Of a stretch of DNA of 64,000 bases, positions 48,518-58,393 are shown one piece after another (the stretch's first letter is position 1; every line of letters starts with the position of its first letter). The position numbers and the translations under genes were made by a program. The DNA comes from an uncultured Actinomycetes bacterium. Lineage in GTDB: Bacteria > Actinomycetota > Thermoleophilia > RBG-16-64-13. The stretch covers positions 576,001 through 640,000 of the forward strand of contig CAVPLM010000003.1 of the NCBI GenBank assembly GCA_963706025.1, read 5' to 3'. The notes beneath the pieces are model-generated. The model searched no databases and was not told the origin of the DNA. It saw only the letters and a program-made list of their open reading frames with translations.

Positions 48518-49151
48518 CTAGCTCACCCCCAGCACTTTCCTGGCGGCCGACCACCCCGTCTTGGGCGGTCCGGCAGTAGACGTCGGCGCCCACGTAGTCG
48601 CAGGTGGCCTGATCCACCGGTCCGCCGCCAATCAAGATGGTGACCTGGTCTCTAAGGCCGGCGGCTTTGATGGCCCCGATGGTCTCTTTCATGTCGTCAA
48701 AGACGGTGGTCAGAAGACAGCTCAGGCCCACCAGCTCCGGACGGTGTTCTCGTATGGCCTGGACGAAGGCCTGGTGCTCCACGCTCACCCCCAGGTCGAT
48801 AACCTGGATGCCGTTAGAGGTCATGACCGTTCCCACGATGTCTTTGCCGAAGTCGTGGATGTCGTTCTTGACCGTACCTAAGACCAGGGTGCCCACCGTG
48901 CTCTGGGCGGCGCTCTTTAAGCCCTCTTGCAAGGGAGCTCCGGCTTTCTTAAAGATGTCGGCCGCGTAGATGAGCTCGGAGAGGAAGTACTCTTCGCCTT
49001 CGAACCTCTCCCCTACGATGTTCATACCGGCCTGGAGCTCTTCTAAGATGGAAAGGGCCTCTTCCCCGGAAGAGAGCTTCTCCTCGACCAGACTGATGGC
49101 GGTAGCTTCATCAAGATCGCCCAGGGCTTGGGCGAGGGGTGAGGTGGACAT
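48507..49151 (-). CDS. corrinoid protein; true end probably 48518 (3' frameshift)
   Basis: NDIHDFGK, DLGV, GLSCLL, IGGG motifs; shifted frame gives AARKVLGVS* abutting the next ATG. Confidence 0.9.
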   Translation of the reverse strand: MSTSPLAQALGDLDEATAISLVEEKLSSGEEALSILEELQAGMNIVGERFEGEEYFLSELIYAADIFKKAGAPLQEGLKSAAQSTVGTLVLGTVKNDIHDFGKDIVGTVMTSNGIQVIDLGVSVEHQAFVQAIREHRPELVGLSCLLTTVFDDMKETIGAIKAAGLRDQVTILIGGGPVDQATCDYVGADVYCRTAQDGVVGRQESAGGELDGR

Positions 49152-49243
49152 GGGGCGGCTCCTTTCCTATGGCGCAGTCAACATATGGAGATGATGGCGA
49201 TGATACACACACCGGCCGACTCGGGCTCCCGGCCGCCCCTAAA

Positions 49244-49263
49244 TGATACAATATATAGACCAA
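49244..49263 (+). promoter_or_regulatory. extended -10 and operator half-site upstream of the EthD gene
   Basis: TGATACAAT followed by ATATAGACCAA, shared with 51080-51116. Confidence 0.55.
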
Positions 49264-49324
49264 TATGTTTCCGGCGTAAGTGGGGCACGTCTTGCTCCGA
49301 TCGGCACCCGAGAAAGGAGACGCC

Positions 49325-50182
49325 ATGCTCAAATTCATGCTCGCCGCCAGGCGTAAGCGGGAAGACACGCAGCAGCGCTACTTCTTCGAATGGGGCATCA
49401 TCCACGTGTCGCTGATGCTCCAGACTCCCTCGGTGATGGACAGCTTCCGCCGCTACGTGCAGCACTACTCCATCAGCGGGATCGACAACGACATGCTCAT
49501 CTACCCGTTGTCGCCGATGGAATGGGACAACATGGCCGACCACGTGGTGGACGACTACGAGGCCATCGGCATCCCCTTCAAGGACCAGGACTATCCGAAC
49601 CGCATGCAGCCGCACAAGTTCGGCGGCGACGAATTCGCCGTCGAGCTCCTCGACTGGGAGACCCTCTACGAGGAAGAAGGCTTCTACGCCGGCGGGGTCA
49701 AGCTGATCCACTGGCTGCGTAAGCGGCCGGAACTGTCATACGAGGAGTTCAACGCCAGGTGGCGCGAGCACGGCCGGAAGATGGTCGGGATCGTCCCGGA
49801 AGGGCTCATCCGCAAACTGGTGATCGACAAGCACGTGCCGATGGACCCTGCCGTATTCAAGGGCACGCTCTTCGAGTTCGGCAACGTGGGGCACTACGCC
49901 GGGGTCGAGGAGATCTGGTTCCGAAGCGTGGAGGACGTGGCCAAGTTGCGCCGCGATCCTGCCCTCTACACGGCACTCCGGGCAAGCTACGAGACCTTCG
50001 TCGATGCCGAAGACACCTTCTCGATGGTCACCACCGAGCGGGTCATCTACGACTTCATAACTCCCGGTCACATCTCGCCCAAGGCGTCCGTTCTGATCCC
50101 GGGAACCCTGGAACACGCCGTCGACAAGCAGGGCTACTCTGGATGGAACGTCCCGGGATGGGACAAGGACCTGTACGGCTAG
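49325..50182 (+). CDS. tandem EthD-domain (dimeric alpha+beta barrel) protein
   Basis: K......RK.......F..W...H pattern twice, RYVQ, GVEEIWF motifs; AAGGAG RBS. Confidence 0.75.
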   Translation: MLKFMLAARRKREDTQQRYFFEWGIIHVSLMLQTPSVMDSFRRYVQHYSISGIDNDMLIYPLSPMEWDNMADHVVDDYEAIGIPFKDQDYPNRMQPHKFGGDEFAVELLDWETLYEEEGFYAGGVKLIHWLRKRPELSYEEFNARWREHGRKMVGIVPEGLIRKLVIDKHVPMDPAVFKGTLFEFGNVGHYAGVEEIWFRSVEDVAKLRRDPALYTALRASYETFVDAEDTFSMVTTERVIYDFITPGHISPKASVLIPGTLEHAVDKQGYSGWNVPGWDKDLYG

Positions 50183-50277
50183 GCCCTGGACAATGCGACC
50201 GACCGGCCCGGATCGACGAAGAACCTAGAACCGCCGCGCGGGCGCGCCGCCCGGCGCCCGCGCCTCGCCGCCTGCGA

Positions 50278-51024
50278 TCAAGGGCCGGAAGGGCTGATCC
50301 CTGCGGCGTCAAGTGCCTTGACGATCAGCTTCCTCACGAGCTCGATGTGTCGCCGCATCTCTTCGGCCGCTCGCTCGCGGTCTCGGGCGCGGATGGCCTC
50401 CAAGATGGCGTTATGGCTGTCGTGGACCTGCTGGGGCCGGTCCTCAAGACGGGCCAGATCGACCGGGATGAACAACTCGCCCCGGGCGTCCATCATGGCT
50501 TGTTCCAATCGGGGACTGCGCGCCGCCCGAGCTATGCTCCTATGCACGTCCATGTCGGCACGGTAGAGCGACGACCAATCCTTGGGGCCCAACTCCCCGG
50601 CGACGGCGTTCCCTATCATCTCCAGGTCGTCGTCCGTGCGTCTCTCGGCAGCCAGGAAGGCCAATCTGGTCTCGACGGTCATCCGGAACTCGAAGATATC
50701 CCCCAGTTCCCCGGAGTGGTGCCGCATCCACTGGCTCCAACACTCGAGCAGGGAGGCGGCGTCGGTGACCCGCGAACCGCCGCGTGAACCCCTTGTGGTG
50801 ACTATGTATCCGGTGCTTTCCAGGGCTTTGAGGGCGAGTCGCAGGGTCATGCGGGAGATGCCCAGGCGGGCTCCCAGGTCTCTCTCTGGAGGGAGTCTAT
50901 CGCCGGGGCCCAACTCGCCCGAGAAGATCATCGCCCGGAGGAAGTGGACCGCGCTATCGCTGGCAGTCTCGGGGGTGAGCGACACCGTGTTGCCCATCTT
51001 GGCGTTCGGAAGGTCTGCGTACAT
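50278..51024 (-). CDS. GntR/FadR family regulator
   Basis: GELGPGDRLPPERDL...LGISR..LR.AL..LE..G; FCD domain. Confidence 0.92.
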   Translation of the reverse strand: MYADLPNAKMGNTVSLTPETASDSAVHFLRAMIFSGELGPGDRLPPERDLGARLGISRMTLRLALKALESTGYIVTTRGSRGGSRVTDAASLLECWSQWMRHHSGELGDIFEFRMTVETRLAFLAAERRTDDDLEMIGNAVAGELGPKDWSSLYRADMDVHRSIARAARSPRLEQAMMDARGELFIPVDLARLEDRPQQVHDSHNAILEAIRARDRERAAEEMRRHIELVRKLIVKALDAAGISPSGP

Positions 51025-51079
51025 CGCGACTCCGTGTCCTGAAACCCCGGTGCGGCCCACTGTGCTGAAGCTCGCGACC

Positions 51080-51116
51080 TTGACAACAAGGTATAAACAC
51101 CTACTATATAGACCAA
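51080..51116 (+). promoter_or_regulatory. promoter/operator upstream of the LVIVD gene
   Basis: TTGACA-N16-TACTAT overlapping GGTATAAACACCTACTATATAGACC. Confidence 0.7.
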
Positions 51117-51167
51117 ATTTGGGCAAGATTCAAGCCCAGCTCCCAACATCACAAAGGTAAGGTAGCC

Positions 51168-52478
51168 ATGGCCGGCAAGCAGGCATTTGCCAAGAACATC
51201 GACGTTCTCGCGTACCACGACATCGACGGCAAACCGTGGTTCCAGATGGCCATGCAGGAGGTCGACGGGCGATACTACCTGTACGCCTCCCATTTCAAGG
51301 CTTCGGGCTGGGCCATCGTCGAGGTCACCGATCCGACGAAGCCCGAGTATCTGAAGTTCATCCCCGGCCCTGATCTCGAGGGCCAGACCACGCCCAAGCT
51401 CCAGGTGGCCGAGGGCATCATGGTCACCGCTCTGGGCGGGTCGCTGCCCATGTTGCACGGCACCAAGATGGACGACCCCTACGAGGAAGGCGTCTACATC
51501 TGGGACGTCAAGGACCCGGTCAATCCCAAGCGTCTGTCCTACTGGCCTACGGGTGGTCCCCTCGGTGTTCACCGCTTCTTCTACGACGGAGGTCGTTACG
51601 TCCACCTATCCGCCTCGTGCAAGGGATTCGCCGGATTCATCTATCGGATCCTCGACATCGTCGATCCCAAGAACCCCGTGGAGGTGGGTCGTTGGTGGGC
51701 GCCCGAGCAGTGGGCGGCGGGCTACATCGAGGACAAGGCCGCGAACATCGAGGCCCTGCTCGACGGCCCCATGATGCACGGCCCGGCATATCCCAAGGGC
51801 GATCTGGCCTACGTGAGCTGGGGCGGCGCCGGCATGATGATCCTCGACATCTCCGACATCACCCTTCCCAAGCTGGTCGGGCAGTTGCGGCATCATCCGC
51901 CCTTCGCCGGCAAGCTCTCCGGGGCCCGCTGCCACACCGTCGTGCCGCTCTCGGAAAGGCCCTACGCGGTCATGACCAGCGAGGGTGAGCGCTACACGGT
52001 CTATAGCGAGAAGATCGTGAACGGCGTGGCTCAGCCCCTCAACTTCATCGGCATGGTGGATATCTCAAACCCGGCCGACCCCACCCTGATCTCCACCTTC
52101 CCCTATCCGGAGATCCCGGAGGGATTCCCGTACAGGAACTTCAACGAGATCCCTGGAGTGGGCGCCGGGCCGTTCGGGCCCCACAACCTGCACGAGCCTC
52201 ACTACCACCCGGCTCTGGAAGACCGCAACGACCGCATCTACTGCGCCTATTTCCACGCGGGTCTGCGGGTCTACGACATCAGCGATCCCTTCGTGCCCCG
52301 GGAGATCGCCTACTTCATCCCGCCCGATCCGGACAAGTGGGCCTTCAACAACGAAACCGGGGATCTCTTCCCGGGTCCGAACATCGCCACCACCGAGGAC
52401 GTGATCGTGGACAATCGAGGCAACATCTTCATGGATACCTCGCATCAAGGCTTGTACGTGATGCGCTGCACCGTGTGA
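51168..52478 (+). CDS. LVIVD-repeat beta-propeller protein, no signal peptide
   Basis: Repeats IVEVTDPTKP, IWDVKDPVNP, ILDIVDPKNP, ILDISD, MVDISNP, GLRVYDISDP. Confidence 0.85.
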   Translation: MAGKQAFAKNIDVLAYHDIDGKPWFQMAMQEVDGRYYLYASHFKASGWAIVEVTDPTKPEYLKFIPGPDLEGQTTPKLQVAEGIMVTALGGSLPMLHGTKMDDPYEEGVYIWDVKDPVNPKRLSYWPTGGPLGVHRFFYDGGRYVHLSASCKGFAGFIYRILDIVDPKNPVEVGRWWAPEQWAAGYIEDKAANIEALLDGPMMHGPAYPKGDLAYVSWGGAGMMILDISDITLPKLVGQLRHHPPFAGKLSGARCHTVVPLSERPYAVMTSEGERYTVYSEKIVNGVAQPLNFIGMVDISNPADPTLISTFPYPEIPEGFPYRNFNEIPGVGAGPFGPHNLHEPHYHPALEDRNDRIYCAYFHAGLRVYDISDPFVPREIAYFIPPDPDKWAFNNETGDLFPGPNIATTEDVIVDNRGNIFMDTSHQGLYVMRCTV

Positions 52479-52544
52479 GACGCCTCGTCGGAGGACGAAC
52501 GGGGGGCCGGTCAGCCGCCCGGACCGGTCACCGACCGGCGCCCG

Positions 52545-53280
52545 TCACGACCCTTTGGGCGACCCGTTCAGGTTGAGACCGAGTTCCTCCACGCGATGCA
52601 AGAACAGCTTCTCCGTGAATTCGAGGTGGAACTGCATCGCTTCGGCGGCGCGGGACGGGTCTCGCTCCACCACGGCCGAGAGGATGTCCTCGTGCAGGCT
52701 TCGGAGTGTGGGCACGCTGAGGTCGTCGAGGCCGGTCTGCACCGGTGCGAACAACTCGGCCTGTATCGCGTTCGTGGCCCGCTCGAAGTATTCGTTGTGC
52801 GCTGCTCTGCACAGGGCGCGGTGGAATTGGGTATGCCACAAGTTCATCCACGTGGGACTGTGTTCCATCGAGTCGGTCAGCGTCCGGAGCTCGCGAAGGT
52901 CGTCGTCGGTGCGCCGTTCGGCCGCGAGCGAGGCGATCTGCATATCGATCGTCCTGCGGAATTCCAGGAGGCTTTCGAGCTTATGCACGTTGAGACGGAG
53001 CCAATCGTGCCAGCATCGGGCGAGTATGGGAGCGTTGCTGACCCGGGAACCGCCCTTGGCTCCCACCGTGGTCCGGATGAAGCCGGTGCTCTCCAGTGAC
53101 TTGAGCGCCTCCCTCAAGGGGGACCCGCGACACACCAAGCTGTTGGGACAGGATGCGCTCGGGTGGGAGCTTTTCCCCCGGACCCAGCTCTCCGGAGAAG
53201 ATCATGGACTTGATCGATAGCTCGGCGCAGTCGCGGGCCGTGCTGGGTCCCAGATCCAACCAGTAGTAGTACGTGCGCAC
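52545..53280 (-). CDS. GntR/FadR family regulator, paralog of 50278-51024, frameshift near 53120
   Basis: MIFSGELGPGEKLPPER in one frame; LREALKSLESTG...LAAERRTDDDL in the next. Confidence 0.85.
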
Positions 53281-53380
53281 TTGGGCCTCCCGCTTTGCGC
53301 CTGCAGGACCCCAGCAGACGCCCATCGGAGCGGAAACAGGGGTCGGGTGGAGTGTAGCACGGAGCTCTGGGGCGAACGAC

Positions 53381-53416
53381 TTGCCAAAAAAGGTATAAAC
53401 ACCTATCATATAGACC
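53381..53416 (+). promoter_or_regulatory. promoter/operator upstream of ACD-iorAB
   Basis: TTGCCA-N17-TATCAT overlapping GGTATAAACACCTATCATATAGACC. Confidence 0.7.
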
Positions 53417-53498
53417 GCTGGCAGGTGACGGGGGTGAATCTCGTGCCGGACGGCCTCAGGCGGTAGCTCCTTAGCCTCAAAGGGGGACTGACAAAACG

Positions 53499-55685
53499 AT
53501 GTACGGAACACCATACGCCCTCGACCTGGAAGGCGCGGCGAGACTCATCGAAGATGCTCTGGCGGCCGGCAGGTCGGCTCTCGATGAATACGAATCCAAA
53601 GTGTTGTTCTCGGCTTACGGCATCCCCGTCCCGGAGGGGGCTTTGGTGAATAGCGAGGCCGAGGCGGCCGAGACCGCCGCCCGCCTCGAGGGCAAGATGG
53701 TCATGAAGGCGGTGGGCGGCGAGATCCATCACAAGACCGAGCTCGGTCTGGTGCTGTTGGGCATCGAAGGTCCGGAAGCCGCCGCCGAGAGCTATCGGCT
53801 GCTCGAAGAGCGGGCCGGCGTCGCCCTCGAGGGCGTGTTGATAGAGCGGATGGTATCCAGCAACCGCGAGCTCATGGTGGGCATGAAGCGTGATCCCCTG
53901 TTCGGCCCGGTGGTGGCCTTCGGTCTGGGCGGGGTGCTTACGGAGGCCCTGGGTGACGTGGTTCTGGCGGTGGCGCCGGTGGACGACGGAGACGCGGCTG
54001 AACTGCCCGGCTTGATCCGGGCCAAGAGGTTGTTGGGTGCCTTCCGGGGCTACCCGCCGGTGGATCAAGCGGCTCTGACGAAGATCATCCAGGCGATGGG
54101 ACAGATGGCGCTCGACCATCCCCGCATCTCCGAGATAGACGTGAACCCGTTGTTGATCGAGGGCGACCGGCCGGTGGCGGCGGACGCCCTGATCATCCTG
54201 TCGGCGCAGGAGTCGCCCGAACAGAGGCGGGGAAGCGGCGCGTTCGTTCCCAACTTGCGGGCTTTGCTGGCTCCCCGGTCGATGGCGTTGGTGGGCGCGT
54301 CGGGCGATGTAACCAAGTGGGGTGGATCCGCGCTTCGCACCATCCTTGACGGCGGCTACACGGGTAAGGTCTATCCGGTCAATCCCAAAGGCGGGACGTT
54401 CTTCGGTCTACAGGCCTACACGAGCCTGGAGGAGTTGCCTGAAGCCCCCGACCTTGCCCTACTGGCCGTGGGTGGCCATCAACTGGCGGCCATGTTGGAG
54501 CAATGCGGCCGCAAGGGTATTCCGGCGGCGATCGCGATCGCCGCCGGCTTCTCCGAGACCGGGGCCCAAGGCGCTGAAGCCGAACGAGAGATCGCCCGGG
54601 TGGCCACCGAAGGCGGGGTCACCCTCATGGGGCCGAACTGCTTGGGGATGGTCTCCAACGAGGTGCAGCTGCATGCTGTCGGGTTCGTCGTCCTGCACCC
54701 GACCAGGGGCACCCTGAGTTTCGTCTCCCAGTCCGGGAATATCGGTACTCAGATAGTAGACGGATGCGGGCGTCGCGGCATCGGCATCGACAAGTTCGCG
54801 AGCGTGGGGAACGAGGCCCAGATCGGTGCCGTGGAGGTCCTCGATTACCTCCGTGACGACCCGAACACCACGAGCATCATGATGTACATCGAGGGCATCG
54901 ACGATGGACGGCGCTTCCTGGAGGTAGCCCGGCGCACCGCGGCGGTGAAACCGGTGGTGGTTTTGCGAGCCGGGCTGACCGAGTACGGCGTCAGGGCGGC
55001 CGCATCTCACACCGGCGCCATGGCCGGGTCGGCAGCCGTATGGGAGGCGGCCGCGCGGCAGGCTGGGGTCGTCACCTGCACCACCACGCAGGAGGTCGTC
55101 GATCTTGGAGCCTGTCTTGCCTACCTTCCGCTCCCCAAGGGCCGGCGCATCGCGGTCGTGACCAATGGAGGCGGAGCCGGCGTCATGACCGCGGACGAGG
55201 TAGCCCGTCACGGCTTGACTCTGGCCGAACTGCCGCCCGAGCTGTACGCCGCGCTCGACGAGATCCTCCCCCCCTTCTGGAGCAAGCAGAATCCCCTGGA
55301 TATGGTGGCCTCGGCCGGTGGGGACGTGGGCCCGCGGGTACTCAGGCTGGTAGCCGAGTGCGACGCGGTGGATGCCATCATCATGCTCTCCGTGTTGGGA
55401 GTGCCCAACAGCGGCGACGAGGTTCGGGCCACCTACGACGATGGAGAGTATGCAGGGCTCAGTCCCTGGGAGGCTGCCTTCCTGGACCTGGTCGCGGAAC
55501 TCATTGAGTCGACCGGCAAGCCCATCATCAATGTGCCCGATACGCCGATCCGTGGATCGCTGTTCGATCGCGGGAAACACTACAGCCCGATAGTCCTTTC
55601 ATCGCCCGAGGCGGCGGCCCGCGTTCTGGACAGGATGGAATGGTATGGTGCCTTTCGGCGTAGAACCAGAGACGCAACCCAGTGA
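53499..55685 (+). CDS. ADP-forming acyl-CoA synthetase with beta(ATP-grasp)-alpha domain order
   Basis: LDEYESK, HKTE, FGP, DVNPL first; then VGAS, GPNCLG, SQSG, SHTG, TNGGG, NPLD. Confidence 0.9.
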   Translation: MYGTPYALDLEGAARLIEDALAAGRSALDEYESKVLFSAYGIPVPEGALVNSEAEAAETAARLEGKMVMKAVGGEIHHKTELGLVLLGIEGPEAAAESYRLLEERAGVALEGVLIERMVSSNRELMVGMKRDPLFGPVVAFGLGGVLTEALGDVVLAVAPVDDGDAAELPGLIRAKRLLGAFRGYPPVDQAALTKIIQAMGQMALDHPRISEIDVNPLLIEGDRPVAADALIILSAQESPEQRRGSGAFVPNLRALLAPRSMALVGASGDVTKWGGSALRTILDGGYTGKVYPVNPKGGTFFGLQAYTSLEELPEAPDLALLAVGGHQLAAMLEQCGRKGIPAAIAIAAGFSETGAQGAEAEREIARVATEGGVTLMGPNCLGMVSNEVQLHAVGFVVLHPTRGTLSFVSQSGNIGTQIVDGCGRRGIGIDKFASVGNEAQIGAVEVLDYLRDDPNTTSIMMYIEGIDDGRRFLEVARRTAAVKPVVVLRAGLTEYGVRAAASHTGAMAGSAAVWEAAARQAGVVTCTTTQEVVDLGACLAYLPLPKGRRIAVVTNGGGAGVMTADEVARHGLTLAELPPELYAALDEILPPFWSKQNPLDMVASAGGDVGPRVLRLVAECDAVDAIIMLSVLGVPNSGDEVRATYDDGEYAGLSPWEAAFLDLVAELIESTGKPIINVPDTPIRGSLFDRGKHYSPIVLSSPEAAARVLDRMEWYGAFRRRTRDATQ

Positions 55686-55700
55686 CCGGGTGGAGGAGAT

Positions 55701-57593
55701 ATGACACCTGTGGTTGAGACGGCGGAAGCAGTAGAGGTGGAAAAGGCGGAGCTACTCTCGGGGAACGAGGCCATCGCTCGTGGGGCCTGGGAAGCCGGGG
55801 TCAAGCTGGCTTCTGCCTATCCGGGTACGCCGAGCACCGAGATCCTAGAAGAGCTCGCCAAGTACGACGACGTCTACTGCGAGTGGTCACCCAACGAGAA
55901 GGTGGCCATGGAGGTGGGCATAGGCGCGTCGATGGCCGGCGCCCGGGCCTTGGTCTGCATGAAGCACGTAGGCCTGAACGTGGCTGCCGACCCGTTCTTC
56001 TCCGCCGCCTACGTCGGAGTCGAAGGCGGCCTGGTGGTGGTCTCGGCGGACGACCCCGGCATGCACAGCTCCCAAGACGAGCAGGACAACCGGAACTTCG
56101 CCAAGTTCACCCGCACCCCGCTGCTCGAGCCCTCCGACAGCTCTGAGGCAAGGGAGTTCCTTATCGCCGCGTTCGAACTCTCCGAGCGTTTCGACACCCC
56201 GGTCCTGTTCCGCACCACCACGCGCACTTCCCACTCCAAGAGCATCGTCACCTTGGCGGAGCGGGCGGCGCCAGAGCCTATCGTCAAGCTGAACCGCAAC
56301 TACCACAAGTACACCATGATGCCGGCCAACGCGACCGCGCGGCACCCGATCATCGAGCAGAGGGTGCGCGACCTGGCCGAATACGCCGAGACCTGTCCGT
56401 TCAACCGTATCGAGATGGGCGATCCGCGCGTCGGCATCATCACCTCGGGCTCCGCCTACGGATACTCCCGCGAGGCTTTCCCGCAGGCCAGCTATCTCAA
56501 GCTCGGTCTGACGTACCCGCTCCCGGCCAAGCTCATCGCCGAGTTCCGGGCGAAGGTCGAGGAGCTTTACGTGGTGGAAGAGCTGGACCCCTTCCTCGAA
56601 GAGAACATCAGGCTCATGGGCATCCAGATCGACGGAGGCAAGGAGCTGAACACGCTCCTCGGTGAGATCGAACCCGGCATTATCGCCCGCAACCTGGCTG
56701 CGGCCGGGGTACCCGGGGTCAACCCGGACCTGCTGGCCGCTCCCCGACCGGGGGTCGATGGTCTGCCCGGGCGTCCGCCCACGCTCTGCCCCGGCTGCTC
56801 TCATCGCGGCATATTCGTGGTGCTGAAGAAGCTGCGGGTCTTCGTGAGCGGCGACATCGGCTGTTACACGCTGGGCGCTCTCGAGCCGTTCAACTCGGTG
56901 CACTGCAGCACCTGCATGGGCGCCAGCATCAGCATGGCCCACGGCATGAGCAAGGTGATGGATCCCCCGGCGGAGGGGGTCGCGCCCGATCTGCGCAACA
57001 AGCCTGTCGGCATCATCGGCGACAGCACGTTCTTCCACTCCGGGGTCACTTCTCTCATGGACGTGGCCTACAACGGGGGCAAGACCCTCAACATAATCGT
57101 GGACAACAGCACCACGGCCATGACCGGCGGTCAGGAGAACCCGGGGACCGGCAAGACCCTCCTGGGCGAGCCCTCGGCCACTGTGGACATCCCCGCCCTG
57201 TGCAAAGCCCTCGGCATCAAGCGGGTGACCACCGTCGACCCCTACGACCTGGCCGAGGTCGAGCGGGTGCTGCGGGAGGAACTGGCGGCGGACGAGGCCT
57301 CGGTGGTCATCGCCAGGGCGCCGTGTATCCTCGAGTACAAGATCCGCCGCCCCATCTACCAGGTGGACGCCGAGCTCTGCATCGGCTGCAAGCGCTGCCT
57401 GCAGGCCGGCTGCATGGCCCTCAACCTGCTGGTCGACGCCGAAGACGAGCGCAAGGTGGAGATCAATCCCGACCAATGCAACGGGTGCGGGGTCTGCTCC
57501 CAACTGTGCAAGGAGGACGCCATCGTCCGGCCGGGGCCCGCTTCGAGCGGCGCCGCCGGACCGGATGCGTCGCCCAAAGGGAAGGGGGCCTGA
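55701..57593 (+). CDS. iorA: indolepyruvate:ferredoxin oxidoreductase alpha
   Basis: GNEAIARG, YPGTPSTE, KHVGLNVAAD, RPPTLCPGC, GDIGCY, GDSTFFHSG, C-terminal 4Fe-4S motifs. Confidence 0.95.
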   Translation: MTPVVETAEAVEVEKAELLSGNEAIARGAWEAGVKLASAYPGTPSTEILEELAKYDDVYCEWSPNEKVAMEVGIGASMAGARALVCMKHVGLNVAADPFFSAAYVGVEGGLVVVSADDPGMHSSQDEQDNRNFAKFTRTPLLEPSDSSEAREFLIAAFELSERFDTPVLFRTTTRTSHSKSIVTLAERAAPEPIVKLNRNYHKYTMMPANATARHPIIEQRVRDLAEYAETCPFNRIEMGDPRVGIITSGSAYGYSREAFPQASYLKLGLTYPLPAKLIAEFRAKVEELYVVEELDPFLEENIRLMGIQIDGGKELNTLLGEIEPGIIARNLAAAGVPGVNPDLLAAPRPGVDGLPGRPPTLCPGCSHRGIFVVLKKLRVFVSGDIGCYTLGALEPFNSVHCSTCMGASISMAHGMSKVMDPPAEGVAPDLRNKPVGIIGDSTFFHSGVTSLMDVAYNGGKTLNIIVDNSTTAMTGGQENPGTGKTLLGEPSATVDIPALCKALGIKRVTTVDPYDLAEVERVLREELAADEASVVIARAPCILEYKIRRPIYQVDAELCIGCKRCLQAGCMALNLLVDAEDERKVEINPDQCNGCGVCSQLCKEDAIVRPGPASSGAAGPDASPKGKGA

Positions 57594-58393
57594 TGGCCGC
57601 CCGTCCGACCGTGAACCTGCTCCTCTCCGGCGTGGGTGGCCAGGGCGTGGTTCTGGCCAGCTACGTCCTCAGCCAGGTGGCTCTCGCCGAGGGCTACGAC
57701 GTGAAGCAGAGCGAAGTCCACGGCATGAGCCAGCGGGGTGGCAGCGTCACTAGCCACTTCCGGTTCGGCGACAAGGTGTGGGAGCCCCTGGTGATCCAGG
57801 GCGTCGCCGATATCCTGCTGGCCTTCGAAGCTCTGGAGGCTCTGCGCTACGTCAACTGGCTCAAACCCCAGGGCCTGCTCATCTACAACAGCCTGCGCAT
57901 CAACCCCAGCCCGGTTGCGGCCGGTCTGACCACCTATCCCGAGGATATCGACGCCCGCATCGCGGAAGCCCATCCGAACGTACGGCGCGTCAACGCGAAT
58001 GATCTGGCCCAGGAAGCCGGGACGGTCAAGGCGGCCAACGTGGTCATGCTGGGAGCGGTATCGCCCGCCCTTCCTTTCGCCTCGGATACCTGGGAAGCGG
58101 TCATCCGCAGGGTGGTGCCCCCCAAGACCGTAGACGTGAACCTCGAAGCTTTCCGGCTCGGGATGGGTGCCGGAGCCGCCCAGCATCCAGTGTCTCTGCC
58201 CGCGCATCTGAACAGCGCCCGGCAGGCTGAGCAAGCGGGCGCATGCTGCCCGGAATCGAGGTCAGGGAGGTGGTGTTTCGGCCCGAGGCATTCATCCCGA
58301 GTTGAGCTCTTCTGTATCCGGGCGGCACTGCGACTCGGTACCCTGGAGCGCATACGCGCGGTCATAGCCTACGCCGTCCCCGGGTGGCCTTGA
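57593..58393 (+). CDS. iorB: indolepyruvate:ferredoxin oxidoreductase beta; C-terminal ~70 aa probably spurious read-through
   Basis: GVGGQG, SEVHGMSQRGGSV, NVVMLG, N.EAF..G motifs; TGATG coupling to iorA. Confidence 0.88.
   Translation: MAARPTVNLLLSGVGGQGVVLASYVLSQVALAEGYDVKQSEVHGMSQRGGSVTSHFRFGDKVWEPLVIQGVADILLAFEALEALRYVNWLKPQGLLIYNSLRINPSPVAAGLTTYPEDIDARIAEAHPNVRRVNANDLAQEAGTVKAANVVMLGAVSPALPFASDTWEAVIRRVVPPKTVDVNLEAFRLGMGAGAAQHPVSLPAHLNSARQAEQAGACCPESRSGRWCFGPRHSSRVELFCIRAALRLGTLERIRAVIAYAVPGWP

Noticed and set aside
20455-53125. Programmed frameshifting or phase variation as the cause of the broken genes
   Set aside because: Indels are too numerous, several per gene, and lack consistent slippery or repeat motifs; sequencing error is more parsimonious
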